Source: Fistulifera solaris
Lineage: Eukaryota
Length of the DNA stretch: 64,000 bases
Assembly: GCA_030295235.1 (NCBI GenBank)
Contig: AP026162.1
Span: 372,001 to 436,000 of the forward strand
Direction: 5' to 3'
The position numbers were made by a program, and so were the translations under genes. The notes under the pieces are model-generated. The model worked only from the letters and a program-made list of their open reading frames with translations. It was not told where the DNA came from and ran no database searches. Within the stretch, counting starts at the first letter, position 1, and each line of letters opens with the position of its first letter. Positions 23,902 to 37,310 of the stretch are shown piece by piece.

Positions 23902-24852
23902 ATGAATCATCGATTCGCTCTTATGATGGCTTTCATTTGTTCTTTGCGTCGAGCATCCGCCTTTACTTCTTCTTTGCTAAAAAGAGAAGAGCCACGAAAG
24001 GTTTCTTCAGTTCTGTTCCTTTCATCCGAGGCTCAAGTAACACCATGGAACTCACCCGTTGTGTCGGAACGGGTGGCAAATCGTCGGCGCAATAATAATG
24101 CTCGATTTCGACAGCACGTGAATCCATTGGCGAGACAATATCAACAACCCACGGTTTTGACGGATTCTTGGCCTCATGATACCTTTACAATCTGCAACAA
24201 ACCGTTACATCTGGATATTGGTTGCGGTAAAGGAGGCTTCCTTCTGGATATGGTCAAAAAGACGGCGGAAGACTGTGCGTCGTCAGAATCGTCGATGGCC
24301 GATGCCTTACCGTACAATTATCTTGGCTTGGAGATTCGTCCTGGTGTTGCTTTAATGGCGAAAGAGCGCATTCCAGTGCATGGTGCTGTAGGTGTCTTGG
24401 ATTTTGTTGGGTGCAATGCGAACGTGGATTTGGATCGAATCATGGATCGCTATAATTCCCAAAGCAACCGCCTCTTGTTGGACCGTGTATCCATTCAATT
24501 TCCAGACCCTCATTTCAAAAGTCAGCACGCCAAGCGACGCGTGGTTACACCTGCGCTGGTAAATACATTAGCCAAATACATGCCGGAGGATAGTCACGTG
24601 TTTTTGCAAAGCGATATTCAGTCTGTTCTCGACGACATGAGACTAAGATTTCGAGAAAGTGCGTACTTCAAAGACACCATCGATTCTGTGGAACAGTATT
24701 TGGAAGAGAATCCATGGGGAGTTCCGACAGAAAGGGAAATCAGCGTGCTAAAGAAAGATCTTCCAGTTTACCGAACGATACTGACCAGAAACGGTGTCGC
24801 TTTTGTTGCTGGCAACAATGAAATCAGCGAGCTCGATCAAGACGAGGAATGA
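23902..24852 (+). CDS. trmB: tRNA (guanine-N7)-methyltransferase TrmB-type, predicted plastid-targeted
   Basis: ASAFT leader, RFRQHVNPL, LDIGCGKGGF, YLGLEIR, QFPDPHFKSQHAKRR, LQSD, PTEREISV. Confidence 0.93.
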   Translation: MNHRFALMMAFICSLRRASAFTSSLLKREEPRKVSSVLFLSSEAQVTPWNSPVVSERVANRRRNNNARFRQHVNPLARQYQQPTVLTDSWPHDTFTICNKPLHLDIGCGKGGFLLDMVKKTAEDCASSESSMADALPYNYLGLEIRPGVALMAKERIPVHGAVGVLDFVGCNANVDLDRIMDRYNSQSNRLLLDRVSIQFPDPHFKSQHAKRRVVTPALVNTLAKYMPEDSHVFLQSDIQSVLDDMRLRFRESAYFKDTIDSVEQYLEENPWGVPTEREISVLKKDLPVYRTILTRNGVAFVAGNNEISELDQDEE

Positions 24853-25024
24853 TCCAAAGCAGGACAACACATCGCAAGTGTCTTCGTCAAAAAAGATTTA
24901 TAAGGGCAATGCAGCACGAGAGTTCGTAGACTTGCAGCAACGCAATACATTACAAATTTTATTTACCGCTACTGTTATCAATCATCTATATGAGCTTGCG
25001 TTGGCAACAAAAATGTGCACAAAA

Positions 25025-26174
25025 CTAATCCGAAAGGTCGGCTCGACGATCCGTGACGAACATGTGCCCTGCCGCGTGAGTGATAGCGAACGGCACTTGG
25101 CTGTCCATTAAGACGGTCTGTGGAGTGACGCCGCAGGCATGGAACACAGGAATTTCGTCGGGGAGCACGTTCACGTGGTCGCCCCATTCGGGAGGATTGT
25201 TGAGATCGATTCCGAGAATGTCGGGTCGCCCTATACAAATAGGTCCACCGTGTGCATGCCGGAACTGAGATGTAATCTCAACGTGCCTAGAAATTTGCAT
25301 AGCAGGAATGGGCTTCATGGATACCACAATATTGCCCTTCAATCTCCCCGCTGGTCGACAAGGAAGATTTGTTCGATACATGGGGACATTCTTTCCTTGC
25401 TCAGCGGAACGAAGAGGAATGCCAGCTTTCTGAAGGGCGCCATCGTAAGAGAAACTACATCCAATCAAAAATGCGACAGAGTTTTCAGGCCAGATATCTC
25501 TCACGTCGTTTCGTTCCTCGTGCAACTTTCCGCTTCGATATACTGCGTATCTTCAACAATTGTTAGATTTGCAATAATTCCTTCATAGAAGTAGACAGTT
25601 CCGCTACTTACTTCGGACAATCAGTTCGTAAATCCGCGGTGGGAGCCAGCAAGGTAGGAATAGCCGAACCAACGTCACATACTTCGAGCAGGGGGACAAG
25701 CTTGAGGATTTCTTTGACAAAATAAAAGAAATCAAATGCAATAGGACCTTGTGGCAGCACAACAAGGTTACATTGCAACATTCCGGGGCAGACACCGTTC
25801 GTGGGGCCAGTGAATTCACCCGAACGAACTCTTTGGCGGAACGTTCGTGTCACTAGAATATCGGGATGGCTAAATGTTGGGGCTCCGTACCAATTCAATG
25901 TTGCTCCTTTCCTCTCCAGTGAATAAGGTCGTTCCGGCCTTTCCCACCTTTCGCATATATTCAAAAGCTTTGCGTCGTCTTTCGTTTGGGTTTCAGGCGG
26001 ACGGAGTGTCAAATTGGGCATCACTGCTTGTAACTTCTGGAATTCGCTTTCAGTGAAGGTGTTAGCTGGACTGCCCTCTTGAGGCTGAAGCGAAGGAAGC
26101 ACATTGCGAAGAATATCAGTTGTGACGGTCGTTTCTGTGAGGTCGCGGCAAGGATCGTCACCTTGAGCGTTCAT
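25025..26174 (-). CDS. DUF1445 / D-glutamate cyclase-like putative hydro-lyase; intron 25551-25611; apparent frameshift near 25728
   Basis: GPTNGVCPGMLQCNLVVLP, (FCQRNP)..PLLEV, DLRTDCP, AFLIGCSFSYD, NVPMYRTN, HGGPI, HACGVTPQ, THAAGHMFVTD. Confidence 0.88.
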
Positions 26175-26610
26175 GTTGCTTACGGCTCGATTTTCTACGA
26201 GCCGTGAATTGAAGAATGCAAGATTTTTTTTAAAAAAAAGTACAGAAATAGCGTTTGTTTAGTCGAGGTGTCGTTATCAACTATCAACGTCAATAAAGGA
26301 ATGCATGCCTGCCTGGAATGGACCTGGTAAGCAAAACAGAAAATGGACCTCTTCGATTTGACAATACGCCAAAGAGTACCTGCTTTTCACAAAAACTCGA
26401 AATAGATCATCATCGTCGCGAAGAATTCAATTCTCGGGGAATTCTCTTGCGCTCATACGCCAAAGCAACAAAATACAAAAGTAGGTCATCGTGCATGTAA
26501 TTTGAGAATAAAAGTGCCATGAATTATGCATTGTATGGACCGCGTCGATGAATTCTATAGTATGCCTTCATAAAGAACAATTGCCCCTACGCTATCATTA
26601 TGCAAATGAG

Positions 26611-29249
26611 CTATGCCGGCTTTTCGCTCGGTCGATGCCCTGCATTAGAATAAAGAACGCGGTAAAGTTCTTTGGCTAGGGTCCTCGGCTCGCACGGGAA
26701 CGGTTTAAACGTAAATACATCCGCACCCGCTTCAAGGAACTCACTCTCCTTATCATTAGCCGAAAGCCCACATATCCGACAATGGACGCCCTTCTTTCTC
26801 AATGCCACTACTGTTTCAGTTCCTAGAAGTTGCTTCTCAACGCTCGCCATGTACATATCCATGAAAATCAAGTCAAAGGATTCCGTCTCTACTAAACGAA
26901 GAGCAGTTTCACCGTTCGATGCTTCTCGAAAAGACCAGCCAGGAGCCACTGTTTTGGCCGTCCTGATAAACAGTTTCCTTAACACTGGGTCATCGTCAAC
27001 AAACAAAACAAATAACTGCTCAGGAAGTTTACCGCAAAGACCACCTTCTGGAGTGATATTGAAACGTTCTTCCAGCTGATGCGCGATCGTCGTGGGGCTT
27101 ATTGGCGGCTGACGGAGACAGACTACAAATCTGGCACCAGGATGGTCTTTCTATCCGCTGGTAAAGGACTCGTCTAACTTGATCTCTCCTCCCATCAAAT
27201 TGACCAAGCTCTTGCACAAAAACAATCCGATTCCCTAAAAACTCAAATCCAGATACGTATTAGATATAATAGAAAGCAGTTGCTTGAGACGAATGAGCAC
27301 CTACCGTTCCCTGGCTGAGACTGTCAAGGCTCTCCTGAAATTTGTTGAAAAGTGAACCCCGCTTTTCTGGTGGAATTCCAGGACCGGAATCTTCGATCGA
27401 CAGCTCCACCATACCCTCAGCTACCTGGGCGCGAAGACGCACGTACCCGCTTTCTACAAACTTCAAACTATTTCTCCCGAGATTCAAGACAACCTGCTTC
27501 AATCGCAGCCGGTCTGTCACAACCAAGAGCTGCCGAGGACAGTCTAAGTCAACAAGAAAATTGGCGTTTCGTTGATTCAACATCGAATGCACAGGCTCCA
27601 AAACATCAAGAAATAAGTCGGTAGGTTCCATGGTGACTTTCAGTTGCTGGGTTGCCGCTCGGTGCATATCGAGCATATTTCGCAAGAGGTCGTTCACGAA
27701 CTTCATGGCATTCTCAATAATAGCTATGTCTTGTCGAGTCGTGGAGCACGACTCCTCGGTCGCTAGAGGTTCGTTTTCAAAGACTGCTGCCTTGACAAAG
27801 CTACATGCAGTCATTGCAGCGGCTACGGGATTGCGTACCTCATGACCTAAAAAATCATTGAGTTCGCGCTCGGCTCTTGTAGCCTCGTGGGCATTCTTCA
27901 AAATCATCTTCGCTTTTTCCACATCAGCAACTGCCTTGAGCTTATTTCGCTCCTCAACGCGTCGAGTCCGCGCACAAATGAAGAGAGCTAAACACAAACT
28001 GGCAAGGAAAATAATGATGCCACCGACACATACAAACAGCACCCCCGGCTTGTAAGTGTCATCGATCGTCAGAACTGATACAATCCATCGCCTATCAGCG
28101 GCCCTGATGATTCGCTCCATATACAAAACTTGTGTCCTCTGTAGCTCGGTCAAACTTACTTCCGAAAGAGGAGTCAACAATGGTCCGCTTTCATTATCAG
28201 AAGTCGTCACCGACGCCGCTCCTAGAAAAACCGGAGCTTCTTTGAAATCAGATGTATCAAAGATGTATACAGCAGAGTTTTGCTGTTGGTTCTCGGTGGA
28301 CCGTTTGATCAGATCAGGAATACGAATAACAATAGATGCTAGGTCTTTCGGCCAAACACCTGGGTCATCCGAGATCCGAACACCGGGGTGCATAAGTATA
28401 ACACCATAAGAATCTTCCTCTGTTTCTATCACTAATTTCAGCCGATCTGTTAACGCCTCTCTTCCTTCCCTCGATACATTTTTTTGACAGCCTTTTGACG
28501 TGGTCCCCATGAATTATAATCTAGACCAAGGGCAGCCTCGTTCTTTTCGACCGGTTCCACATAGTCTGTGACATATTATGTGTGAGTGCTGCAGTAGAAT
28601 GCGGATGCAAAACCCTTATGAAAACACGTACGAATAGGAAAATAATAACTGGTGTTCAGACGCGGTTCAACGATTGTCGAGTTTTCGTAATTAAAGCCAA
28701 TAAATCCTCCGTAGTTCAGTTTTGGATAGTGCTCTTCGTAAACGCCCTAGCCTCGGCCTCGGCCTCGTCTCGCTCATTGTGTGAAATATTCGGATGGAAC
28801 TGAGCTGCCTGGAAATCCAATCCATTGAAAACCAAATACTCATACATTTCGCGAAAATCAACACGATTGAATTTCCTGTTTCTGCATTTTCCGTGAATCC
28901 GCAGTGCGGCGGCGACATATTCCTCCCACGCACCCTCAATCTTGTTAATCAAATCCAGAGCGCTACGAGCAAACTGGTGCTCTTTATCTCTCTTGGCTGA
29001 ACTGATTCCCATTGCCATAAACGCAGCTGCCGCGCCACTTCCCAGAATGGTTATCATTAGCGCCGAAAGTCCTGTTTTCTTTTTGTGCATGGTGCTTGCA
29101 AGAGCGCCGTCGTTCCTGATAATTGAACACGATTCCAAGTCAACTTTTCGTCCCGTTTTCGATCGCTTTTGGATATGGCTTGTATCGGAAACGCTCGACA
29201 TTGCTCTACCTGCTTTCGCTTTTAGTAAATGTATGCGTTGGTTCGGCAC
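26611..29249 (-). pseudogene. CHASE hybrid histidine kinase copy 1 (HK1); introns 28566-28631 and 27235-27304; frameshifts near 28740 and 28460; in-frame TAG at 27151-27153
   Basis: TM segment, CHASE motif FPIHYVEP..NEAALGLD, H-box HEVRNP, LGRNSLKF, DSGPGI, GTGIGL, REC with VDDD/IFMD/KPF. TAG replaces the Tyr codon of the paralogs. Confidence 0.7.
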
Positions 29250-30038
29250 TTCTTTACTAAATTGATCGAGAATAGCATCCGACAGTAACGAAGTGAGAGG
29301 GCGTCAAGGCCGAAGTGCGGTCGAACACATCGGACGTGTACTGCGACGACGTTTCCAATCTACACCTCACAATCTTCACTCCTAGATGGTTGTTATGAAG
29401 ATCGGAGTACAGTACTTGTGACGGAGTATCTTCATTCGTCATCCCTCGCTGCTCCGCGGCTTCGGCAGGTTCACCTTTTGGGGTCACTTGTCTGTCACGA
29501 ACCAGGATCCTCGTGTTTCTATAATACCGGTACCGTATTTCACTCAATACTGAGTAAGAAAGATCCAATATTTGGTCGTGTATGAAAATCCGTCTCATTT
29601 GTTGGTGATGGAAATGGCCTTTTCATTCAATCCAGTTCAATCAAGGTTCGTTTTTCAAAAAAGGGTTGTTTTCCCCCTGCATGTCCCTTGCCAAACTAAT
29701 AAACCCCCTGGCGAGACGACTCCTCAAGAGTGGTTCTTTGAAGTCGAATGCCGTAATTTTCTGCCACAATCCACGCAAATAAACTAACTTAAATGTTCAT
29801 CCGACTGTCAGTTCTACATTCGGGTGGTATATGTAGTCATCCGCCAGCTCCTGGGCGGGATTCTCCCGCTCAATTCGTAGAACATCATCGATTTGGGACA
29901 AACGGGCACCTAGGTCGACGGCTATGTTGTCTAATAATATCCACTAGAGAGCAACGCCCATGTACACGTATGCCGGTGAACAGCGTAAATCCGACTCCCA
30001 ATTTGTAGAGCTGGAAAAATGAAAAGCAGCTCTACAAA

Positions 30039-32608
30039 TCACACATCTCTATTTTCTTCCCATGGCCTGCTCCCTAAGTTGTAATTGAGGATTCTGCACA
30101 GTTCTCGAGTAACTATCCTTACATCACAGGGGAAAGGCTTAATCGTAAATACGTCCGCACCCGCCTCAAGGAACTCGCTCTCCTTATCATTAGCCGAAAG
30201 TCCACATATCCGACAAAGGACTCCCTTCTTTCTCAATGCCACTACTGTTTCAGTTCCTAAAAGTTGCTTATCAACACTCGCCATGTACATGTCCATGAAA
30301 ATCAAGTCAAAGGATTCCATCTCTACTAAACGAAGAGCAGTTTCACCGTTCGATGCTTCTCGGAATGACCAGTTCGGTGCCACCGTTTTCACTGTCCTTG
30401 AAAATAGCTTTCTGATTATTGGGTCGTCGTCAACAAACAAAACCGAGAGTTGCTCTGGAAGTTCATTAGAATAAGAATGTGGATTTTGACCAAAGACTTC
30501 GTTCGACTGTTCAGTGATCATTTTGGGGTTAAATGGAGGTTGACGGAGGCTAACTACAAACCTGGTTCCAGGCTGGTCGTTGTATCCACTGGCGAACGCT
30601 TCGTCCAGACTTATCTCTCCTCCCATAAGCTCAACCAAATTCTTACATAAGAACAATCCCAATCCCTTAAACAAAGAAGTAAAGGGTAAGAGGGCTGTGA
30701 GTCAACTTGACAGATAAATTCTATTTATTACTTACCGTACCCTGGTTAAGACTGTCCAAGCTTTCTTGATACTTCTTGAAAAGCGATTGGTGCTTTTCTA
30801 GCGGAATTCCCGGACCAGAATCCTCAATCGATAGTTCCACCATGCCGTCCACTACCTGGGCGCAAAGACGCACGTACCCGCTTTCTACAAACTTCAAGCT
30901 ATTTCTCCCAAGATTCAAAACAACCTGCTTCAATCGCAGACGGTCCGTCGTGACAAAAAGATGATTTGGACAGTCTACTTCGACTCGAAAGTTGGCATTT
31001 CGTTGATTTAGCATCGAGTGGACCGGCTCAAGAACATCGTGAAGCAAGTCAGTAGGCTCCATTGTAACTTTTAACTGCTTGTTGGCTGCCCGATGCATAT
31101 CTAGCATATTCCGTAATAGATCGTTGACAAAAGTCAACGAATTTTCTATTATTGCTACGTCCTGCCGAATTGTAGAGCGAGCCTCATGGGTTGTCAGCGG
31201 TTCCTTTTCATTGACAGCCGCCTTCACAAAGCTACATGCAGCCATTGCCGCAGCAACGGGATTGCGTACCTCGTGGCTCAAAAAATCGTTGAGTTCCCGC
31301 TCGACTTTAGTAGCTTTGCGAGCATTTTTTAAGATAAGGTTCGCTCTCTCCGCGTCTACTTCCCCTTTCACCTCGCTGAGGCGCGCTAGCCGCTGCGTAT
31401 GCGTATGAATCCATAGAGCCAAACATAAACTAGCAAGGAATATAATGGTCCCACCAATCCATACAAACATAGTATCAGGTTGAAACGTCTCATCGACAGA
31501 AAGAACTGATACTGTCCAGACTTTATTCGCCGCCGTGATATTCCTCTCGAGATACAATCTGCTTGTCGTGCGTATCATATCTAAAGTAATATCTGGAAGA
31601 GACTTGAAAGTACTATCAGTATTGTTGCCATTGGGCGTCATCTTGGCCGCTCCGAGAAAAAGCGGTTCCCCACTAGAATCGGAGTAATCAAAAATGAAAA
31701 CAGCAAAACGCCGCTGCTGTCCCACCATTGACCGCTTGATCAAATCAGGAATACGAATCGCAATGGAGGCTATATCTTTGGGCCAAGCAACACGCGCGGT
31801 GGAAACCTCAATACCAGGGTGCATTAGTACCACCCCATAGGCCTTCTCTGATGTTTCCATGACCAAATGCAGGCGATCAGTTAGCGAGGGCTGTCCTTCT
31901 GTCATGCAAAATTGAACTGCTCTCTGTCTAACTCCCGATGCGTGGTAATCCAGACCAATAGCGGGTTCATTGCCAATTACTGGTTCCATGTAATCTGACG
32001 TGAAGCAACGTGATACTGTTAGTGTCGAATAAAGATTTGTTATCAAGAGTAAAAAACACTGACCGATACTTACGAACGGGAAAGTAAAAGCTAGCATTGA
32101 GCCTTGGCTCTGTAGCTGTCGAGTTTTCGAAATTAAACCCAATAAAGCCTTGATAGTCGACGCTCGGATAATTTTCTTCATAAAACACCCTTGCTTCCGC
32201 TTCCGCCTCTGCTCTTTCGTTGTGTGTCAAATTTGGAGCGAACTGGACTGCTTGAAAGTCGAGCCCGGAGGAAACTAAATACTCGTACATTTCATGAAAT
32301 TCGACTCGACCGAACTTCCTGTTCCGGAACCTTCCATGAATCCACGTTGCGGCATTGACATAGTCCTTCCAGGCGTGCTGGATCTTATTCACTAAATTCT
32401 GGGAGCTGCGGATAAACTGATCTTCCTGGTATTTTTTGGCTGAACTGATTCCCATGAACAAGAATGCCGCTGCTGTGGCGCTTCCCAGAAGAATTACTAA
32501 CAACATCAAAAGTGCGGTAGTTTTGTGTTTGATAGTTGCGAGGGATGAGCTCTGGCTGCTGCTACTGGTGAGCGAGCATTTTTCGATTTCATTGCCTTGC
32601 AGCTTCAT
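30039..32608 (-). CDS. CHASE hybrid histidine kinase copy 2 (HK2), frame intact from 32608; introns 31995-32073 and 30666-30735
   Basis: TM-CHASE (FPVHYMEPVIGNEPAIGLD)-TM-HisKA (SHEVRNP)-HATPase (RNSLKF, DSGPGI, GTGLGL)-REC (VDDD, IFMD, KPF). Confidence 0.92.
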
Positions 32609-33473
32609 CGGTTTCTTTTCGGTGTGAATGTATGTGTCGAATCAGATCGATCAGTTCTCACTGGGATTGTGCATAAACGAAGTTTTCATCAAAGTTCGAC
32701 AGCGTTTTTTGCTCATGGCTCATGGATACATTGTAGATCATTGCGACGTTAAGCTCGTCTGAACGAGGAATTTGGCGGGCCATACAAACGTGACCAAAGC
32801 TGTTTCACACAAACAAGGTTACGTCGCCGCACCGAAAGTGCAACATCCTCCATCACTTTTCTCTTTATTACGAAAATTGAAACCCTTTCCTTGCTCCTTG
32901 CGCTCCATGTTTACGACGATACACATGCATGACGTGAGCAATCTACCTCGTAGCTTTATTCACGTTATTCCAACAGAAATTGGGTCCCGATGTCTTTGAC
33001 AACAACCCATAACATTTTCTTCTCTCTCTCTCTCTCTAAGACTGCCCTACTTGCAGTCCCATGTAAATGGAATTATTCTAGTCAACACAAGATAATTCTG
33101 GGCAACATTACAACTCAAATACAACAATACAACACGCATCGCACGTCGCGCCTTATTTGTACCGCCAGTACCAGGTACCAGTACCCTGGTAATGCTCTCA
33201 CCGAGACGCACTCCCAAGAACGTTCTTGCGCACTCGTCACTCGTCCCCTTTCCCCTTACACATTTCGGTACCGCTACGAATGCATTTTTGCATTTTGCAC
33301 CATAGTACTTGTAAAGTCTATAGAGCTAAGGCTATTAGTTGCTTCTCTAGCTGCTACTGACAAGGACGCAAAATTATCCGCAATGAAGTAAAAATAATAA
33401 TGCTTTTTTAGAAAACTAAGGTTTGACTAATCTCAATGCGCAAATTCGTCTGACGTTTGTAATGGGTGATGTC

Positions 33474-35982
33474 TTAGGAGTAAAGAACACGGCAAAGTTC
33501 TTGCGTTAGCGCCTTCGACTCACACGGAAACGGTTTGAATGTGAACACATCTGCACCCGCTTCAAGAAATTCGCCTTCCTTATCGTTTGCCGATAGCCCG
33601 CATATCCGGCAACTAATTCCTTTCCTCCTCATAGCCTTTATTGCTTCTGTCCCTAAAAGTTGCTTTTCGACACTAGCCATGTACATATCCATAAAAATTA
33701 AGTCAAAGTGCTCCTTCTCCACTAAATTCAATGCAGTTTCACCGTTAGATGCTTCTCGAAAACTCCAGCCAGGTGCCACCGCTTTTGCCGTCCTGGTAAA
33801 GAGCTTCCGTAAAATTGGATCATCATCGACAAATAACACCGAGATTTTCTTTGGAAGCTTACTACTGATATCAGATCGTAGACTTGGATAGATAACTTCG
33901 TTTGGTGGAACTGCGACTGCCTCGGTGTTCAATGGAGGCTGACGAAGTCTAATAACAAACCTGGTACCAGGCTGATCGTTGTATCCACTGGCGAACGATT
34001 CGTCCAAACTTATCTCTCCTCCCATCAGCTCAACCAGAGTCTTACACAAGAACAATCCCATTCCCTTGAGTAAAAAAAACACAATGTTAGACGATAATAC
34101 ATCCACCCCAAAAGACAACCCTCACTTATACGTACGGTTCCCTGGCAAAGCATGTCAAGGCTCTCCTGAAATTTTTGAAAGAGCGTATATCGCTTTACCG
34201 GTGGAATACCTGGACCGGAATCCTCAACCGATATCTCCACCAGACCGTCAATTACCTGGGCGCGAAGACGCACGAACCCGCTTTCTACAAATTTCAAGCT
34301 ATTTCGTCCCAGATTCAAAACAATCTGCTTTAACCGAAGGCGGTCAGTCATGACGAAAAGATGACGCGGACATTCAATGTCGACTTTATATGTAGCATTT
34401 CGCTGATTTATCATCGAGTGTACCGGCTCGAGAACATCGTGAAGCAAGTCAGTGGGTTCGAGTGCGACTTTTAATTGCTTATTAGCCGCCCGATGCATAT
34501 CCAGCATATTTCTCAAAAGGTCGTTGACGAACTTCAAAGAATTCTCTATAATAGCTACGTCATGCTGGACAGTCGAGCGAGCTTCATGGCTTGAAAGCGG
34601 GTCTCTATCATGGACAGCTGCCTTCACAAAACTACACGCAGCAGTCGCGGCGGAAACGGTGTTACGCACCTCGTGACTGAGAAAGTCGTTGAGTTCCCGC
34701 TCGATCCTCGTAGCTTCGTGGGCATTTTTTAATATCAATTTCGCTTTCTCTGAATCTGCTTCCGCCTTCATCCTGTTTACCTGCTCTACTTTTTTTTGTG
34801 TGCGTGTACACCCAAAGAGCTAAACATAGACTTGCCAGAAAGATAATGGTGCCACAAATTGAGACAAACAACACATGTGGCTTGAACGTGTTATCAACCG
34901 AAAGAATTGATACAGTCCAAACTTTATTCGCAGCCTTGATATTTTGCTCGAAATACAATCTCCGCGTTGTTCGGATCTCATTCAAATTTGCCTCTGCAAG
35001 GACTGTGATCATAGAACCGATGTTTTTGCCGTGGGGAGTCGCCTTGGCCCCTCCGAGAAAAAGAGGCACTCCACTCGAATCGGAGTGATCGAAAAGGAAA
35101 ACAGCCGAACTACGCTGCTGGTTTTCGCTCGACCGTTTGATCAGATCAGGGATACGAATAACAATAGAAGCCAAATCTTTGGGCCATACACCCAGTTCAG
35201 TGGAGAGTTCTATGCCAGGATGCATGAGCACAACTCCATAAGATACCTCATCTGTCTCTTGTACAAGTCGCAGGCGATCCGTCAGAGCTGGCTTTCCTTC
35301 TCTAGTGCAAAATAAGACAGTTCTCTGGCGGGTCCCGGAAGCGTGGTAATCTAGATCAATAGCAGCCTCGTTGCCTATGACTGGTTCCATATAATCTGCG
35401 AAGAAACAACACTGTGTTAAAAACACAATACTAAATCCTTCTTCGAAAAATGGCCCACACTTACGAATAGGAAAGTAGAAACTGGCGTTGAGCCGTGGCT
35501 CAATGGTTGTCGAGTTTTCGAAATTGAAGCCAACAAAACCCCGGTAGTCTATTGTCGGGTAATTTTCTTCATAGTACGCCCTGGCCTCAACCTCCCGCCC
35601 CGCGGCGCTCTTCGTTTGTAATGTTCGGAATGAACTGAGCGGCTTGAAAATCGAGCCCGGAAGATACAACATATTCATACATTTCACGAAAATCAATACG
35701 GCTAAAGTTTCGGTGACTGCATCTTCCGTGAATCCACGCGGCTGCGGTAAGATAGTCTTCCCAAACGTGCTCAATTTTGTTGACGAGGTCTAGTGAACTG
35801 CGTGTAAATTGATTTTCTTGATCGTTCCTAGCCGCAGTGATCCCCATCGACAAGAACGCCACTGCAGTTCCAGTTCCCAGAATGACGATCATAAAAACTA
35901 AAAGTAGAGTGTTCTTGTGTCTGGCACTGGGAGCGGTTGCAGCTACGTCGTTGCTTGCCAGCGAACAATTTTCTAGGTCCAT
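33474..35982 (-). CDS. CHASE hybrid histidine kinase copy 3 (HK3); introns 35396-35464 and 34065-34135; apparent frameshifts near 35595 and 34790
   Basis: Same domain order and intron positions as HK2; H-box reads HEVRNT. Confidence 0.88.
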
Positions 35983-36782
35983 CTCTGTAGACGCACTTGC
36001 ATGTCCTTCATCAAGCTTTTTCTTTACTAGGCTTTGAAGCCCCCATTGTCTTTGTTTCAGCTCTAAGAGGAATGAAACTTGTGAATAATCTTTTCTTCTT
36101 GATTCAGCCGCGAGGATCCCTCGAGAAACCTATCTGGCCAAGAAGAACAAACCAAAATATCGAGTATTCATGTATCGGAAATGCGAAACATGGGCGCGAT
36201 TACTCCGACGATCCATTGATAAGCCCATCATGTCTGCTATGTTCCGCATTATAAGAAGCAGGATCAACATTACTCCGACAATGAATAAAAACAACAAAAC
36301 GGAGTAAAAGCGTTCTTATCCGGCGCTGTTATTCTGCTCTCCGCGTTGCCGGATAGGGTTCACTTTTCTTTTCTTCAAAAATAAATCAGAATTTCCGTCC
36401 GTCTCAAAATATCCTGGAATGTATCTGTAGTAGTAATAAGCGTAGTTTATCAACTTATCCACGACTGTATTTCAGTCATGAAAGTATAAGCATTTGAGCG
36501 ACATTCGTTCGTTTCGCAAATACCTTGAGCTACATTGGTCATTGTTGCAATGAAATCGACTTTAGCAGCGATTCCGCAACACTTAATTCTAGTTTAGCAT
36601 GGAGAGCCTCACGAAACATCTCGGTCATGAGTCATGAATGAATACTTGAGAACATATCACCATTAGACTGCACCCCCAGATTTTCTTGGTACTTGAACGC
36701 CGCACTTCCAAATTATTTGGCCACGAGAGAACATAGTTTTGTTGATACAAGTACATCACCTTGACGAAAGAAAACAGGAAAG

Positions 36783-36851
36783 GACGTTAAAATTCTGCCT
36801 CTCAGTACAAGTTTCTACGTAGAGCCTACGGCAAGGCAGAATTTTAACGTC
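36783..36851. repeat. Perfect 18-bp inverted repeat with 33-bp spacer (hairpin)
   Basis: GACGTTAAAATTCTGCCT at 36783-36800 and AGGCAGAATTTTAACGTC at 36834-36851. Confidence 0.9.
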
Positions 36852-37310
36852 GATCCCTTATATCCATTGGACAAACCATCCTACAATTACGCTCAAGCTC
36901 AACGCCCCGTACCCATTTGTTTTCAATTTTTAGAGTCTACAGTCAGCTAACTATCGTTCACTGTAAAATTTTTTCAGGCGTATTTTCCTGCTATTCTATT
37001 TGTACTTTCTTCAGGCCCTCTTGCAGGTGTGAGAGGACTCATGGTTCAGTGAAACATAACTCGCCGCAAGTTTTTATTGTGACGAAGTTTATTTAGCCTG
37101 TATTATTGTCCATTGAATACAGATACAAGCAGCCACTTTGTCCATTAGCAACGCACTCTGGAAAATCAATCGTTGCTCGGCCGAGACAGGCAGCGATCGA
37201 CAATGTCGGTTCCAGAAGACCAAGACGAAAGTAGAGAACGACAAATCTGCAGCTACAACGATTCGAACTCATCTGTATGTTGTGAGCAATAAAGGCCTTT
37301 TTGAAACAGA

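Noticed and set aside
33019..33037. (CT)n microsatellite
   Set aside because: Short, ordinary simple repeat.
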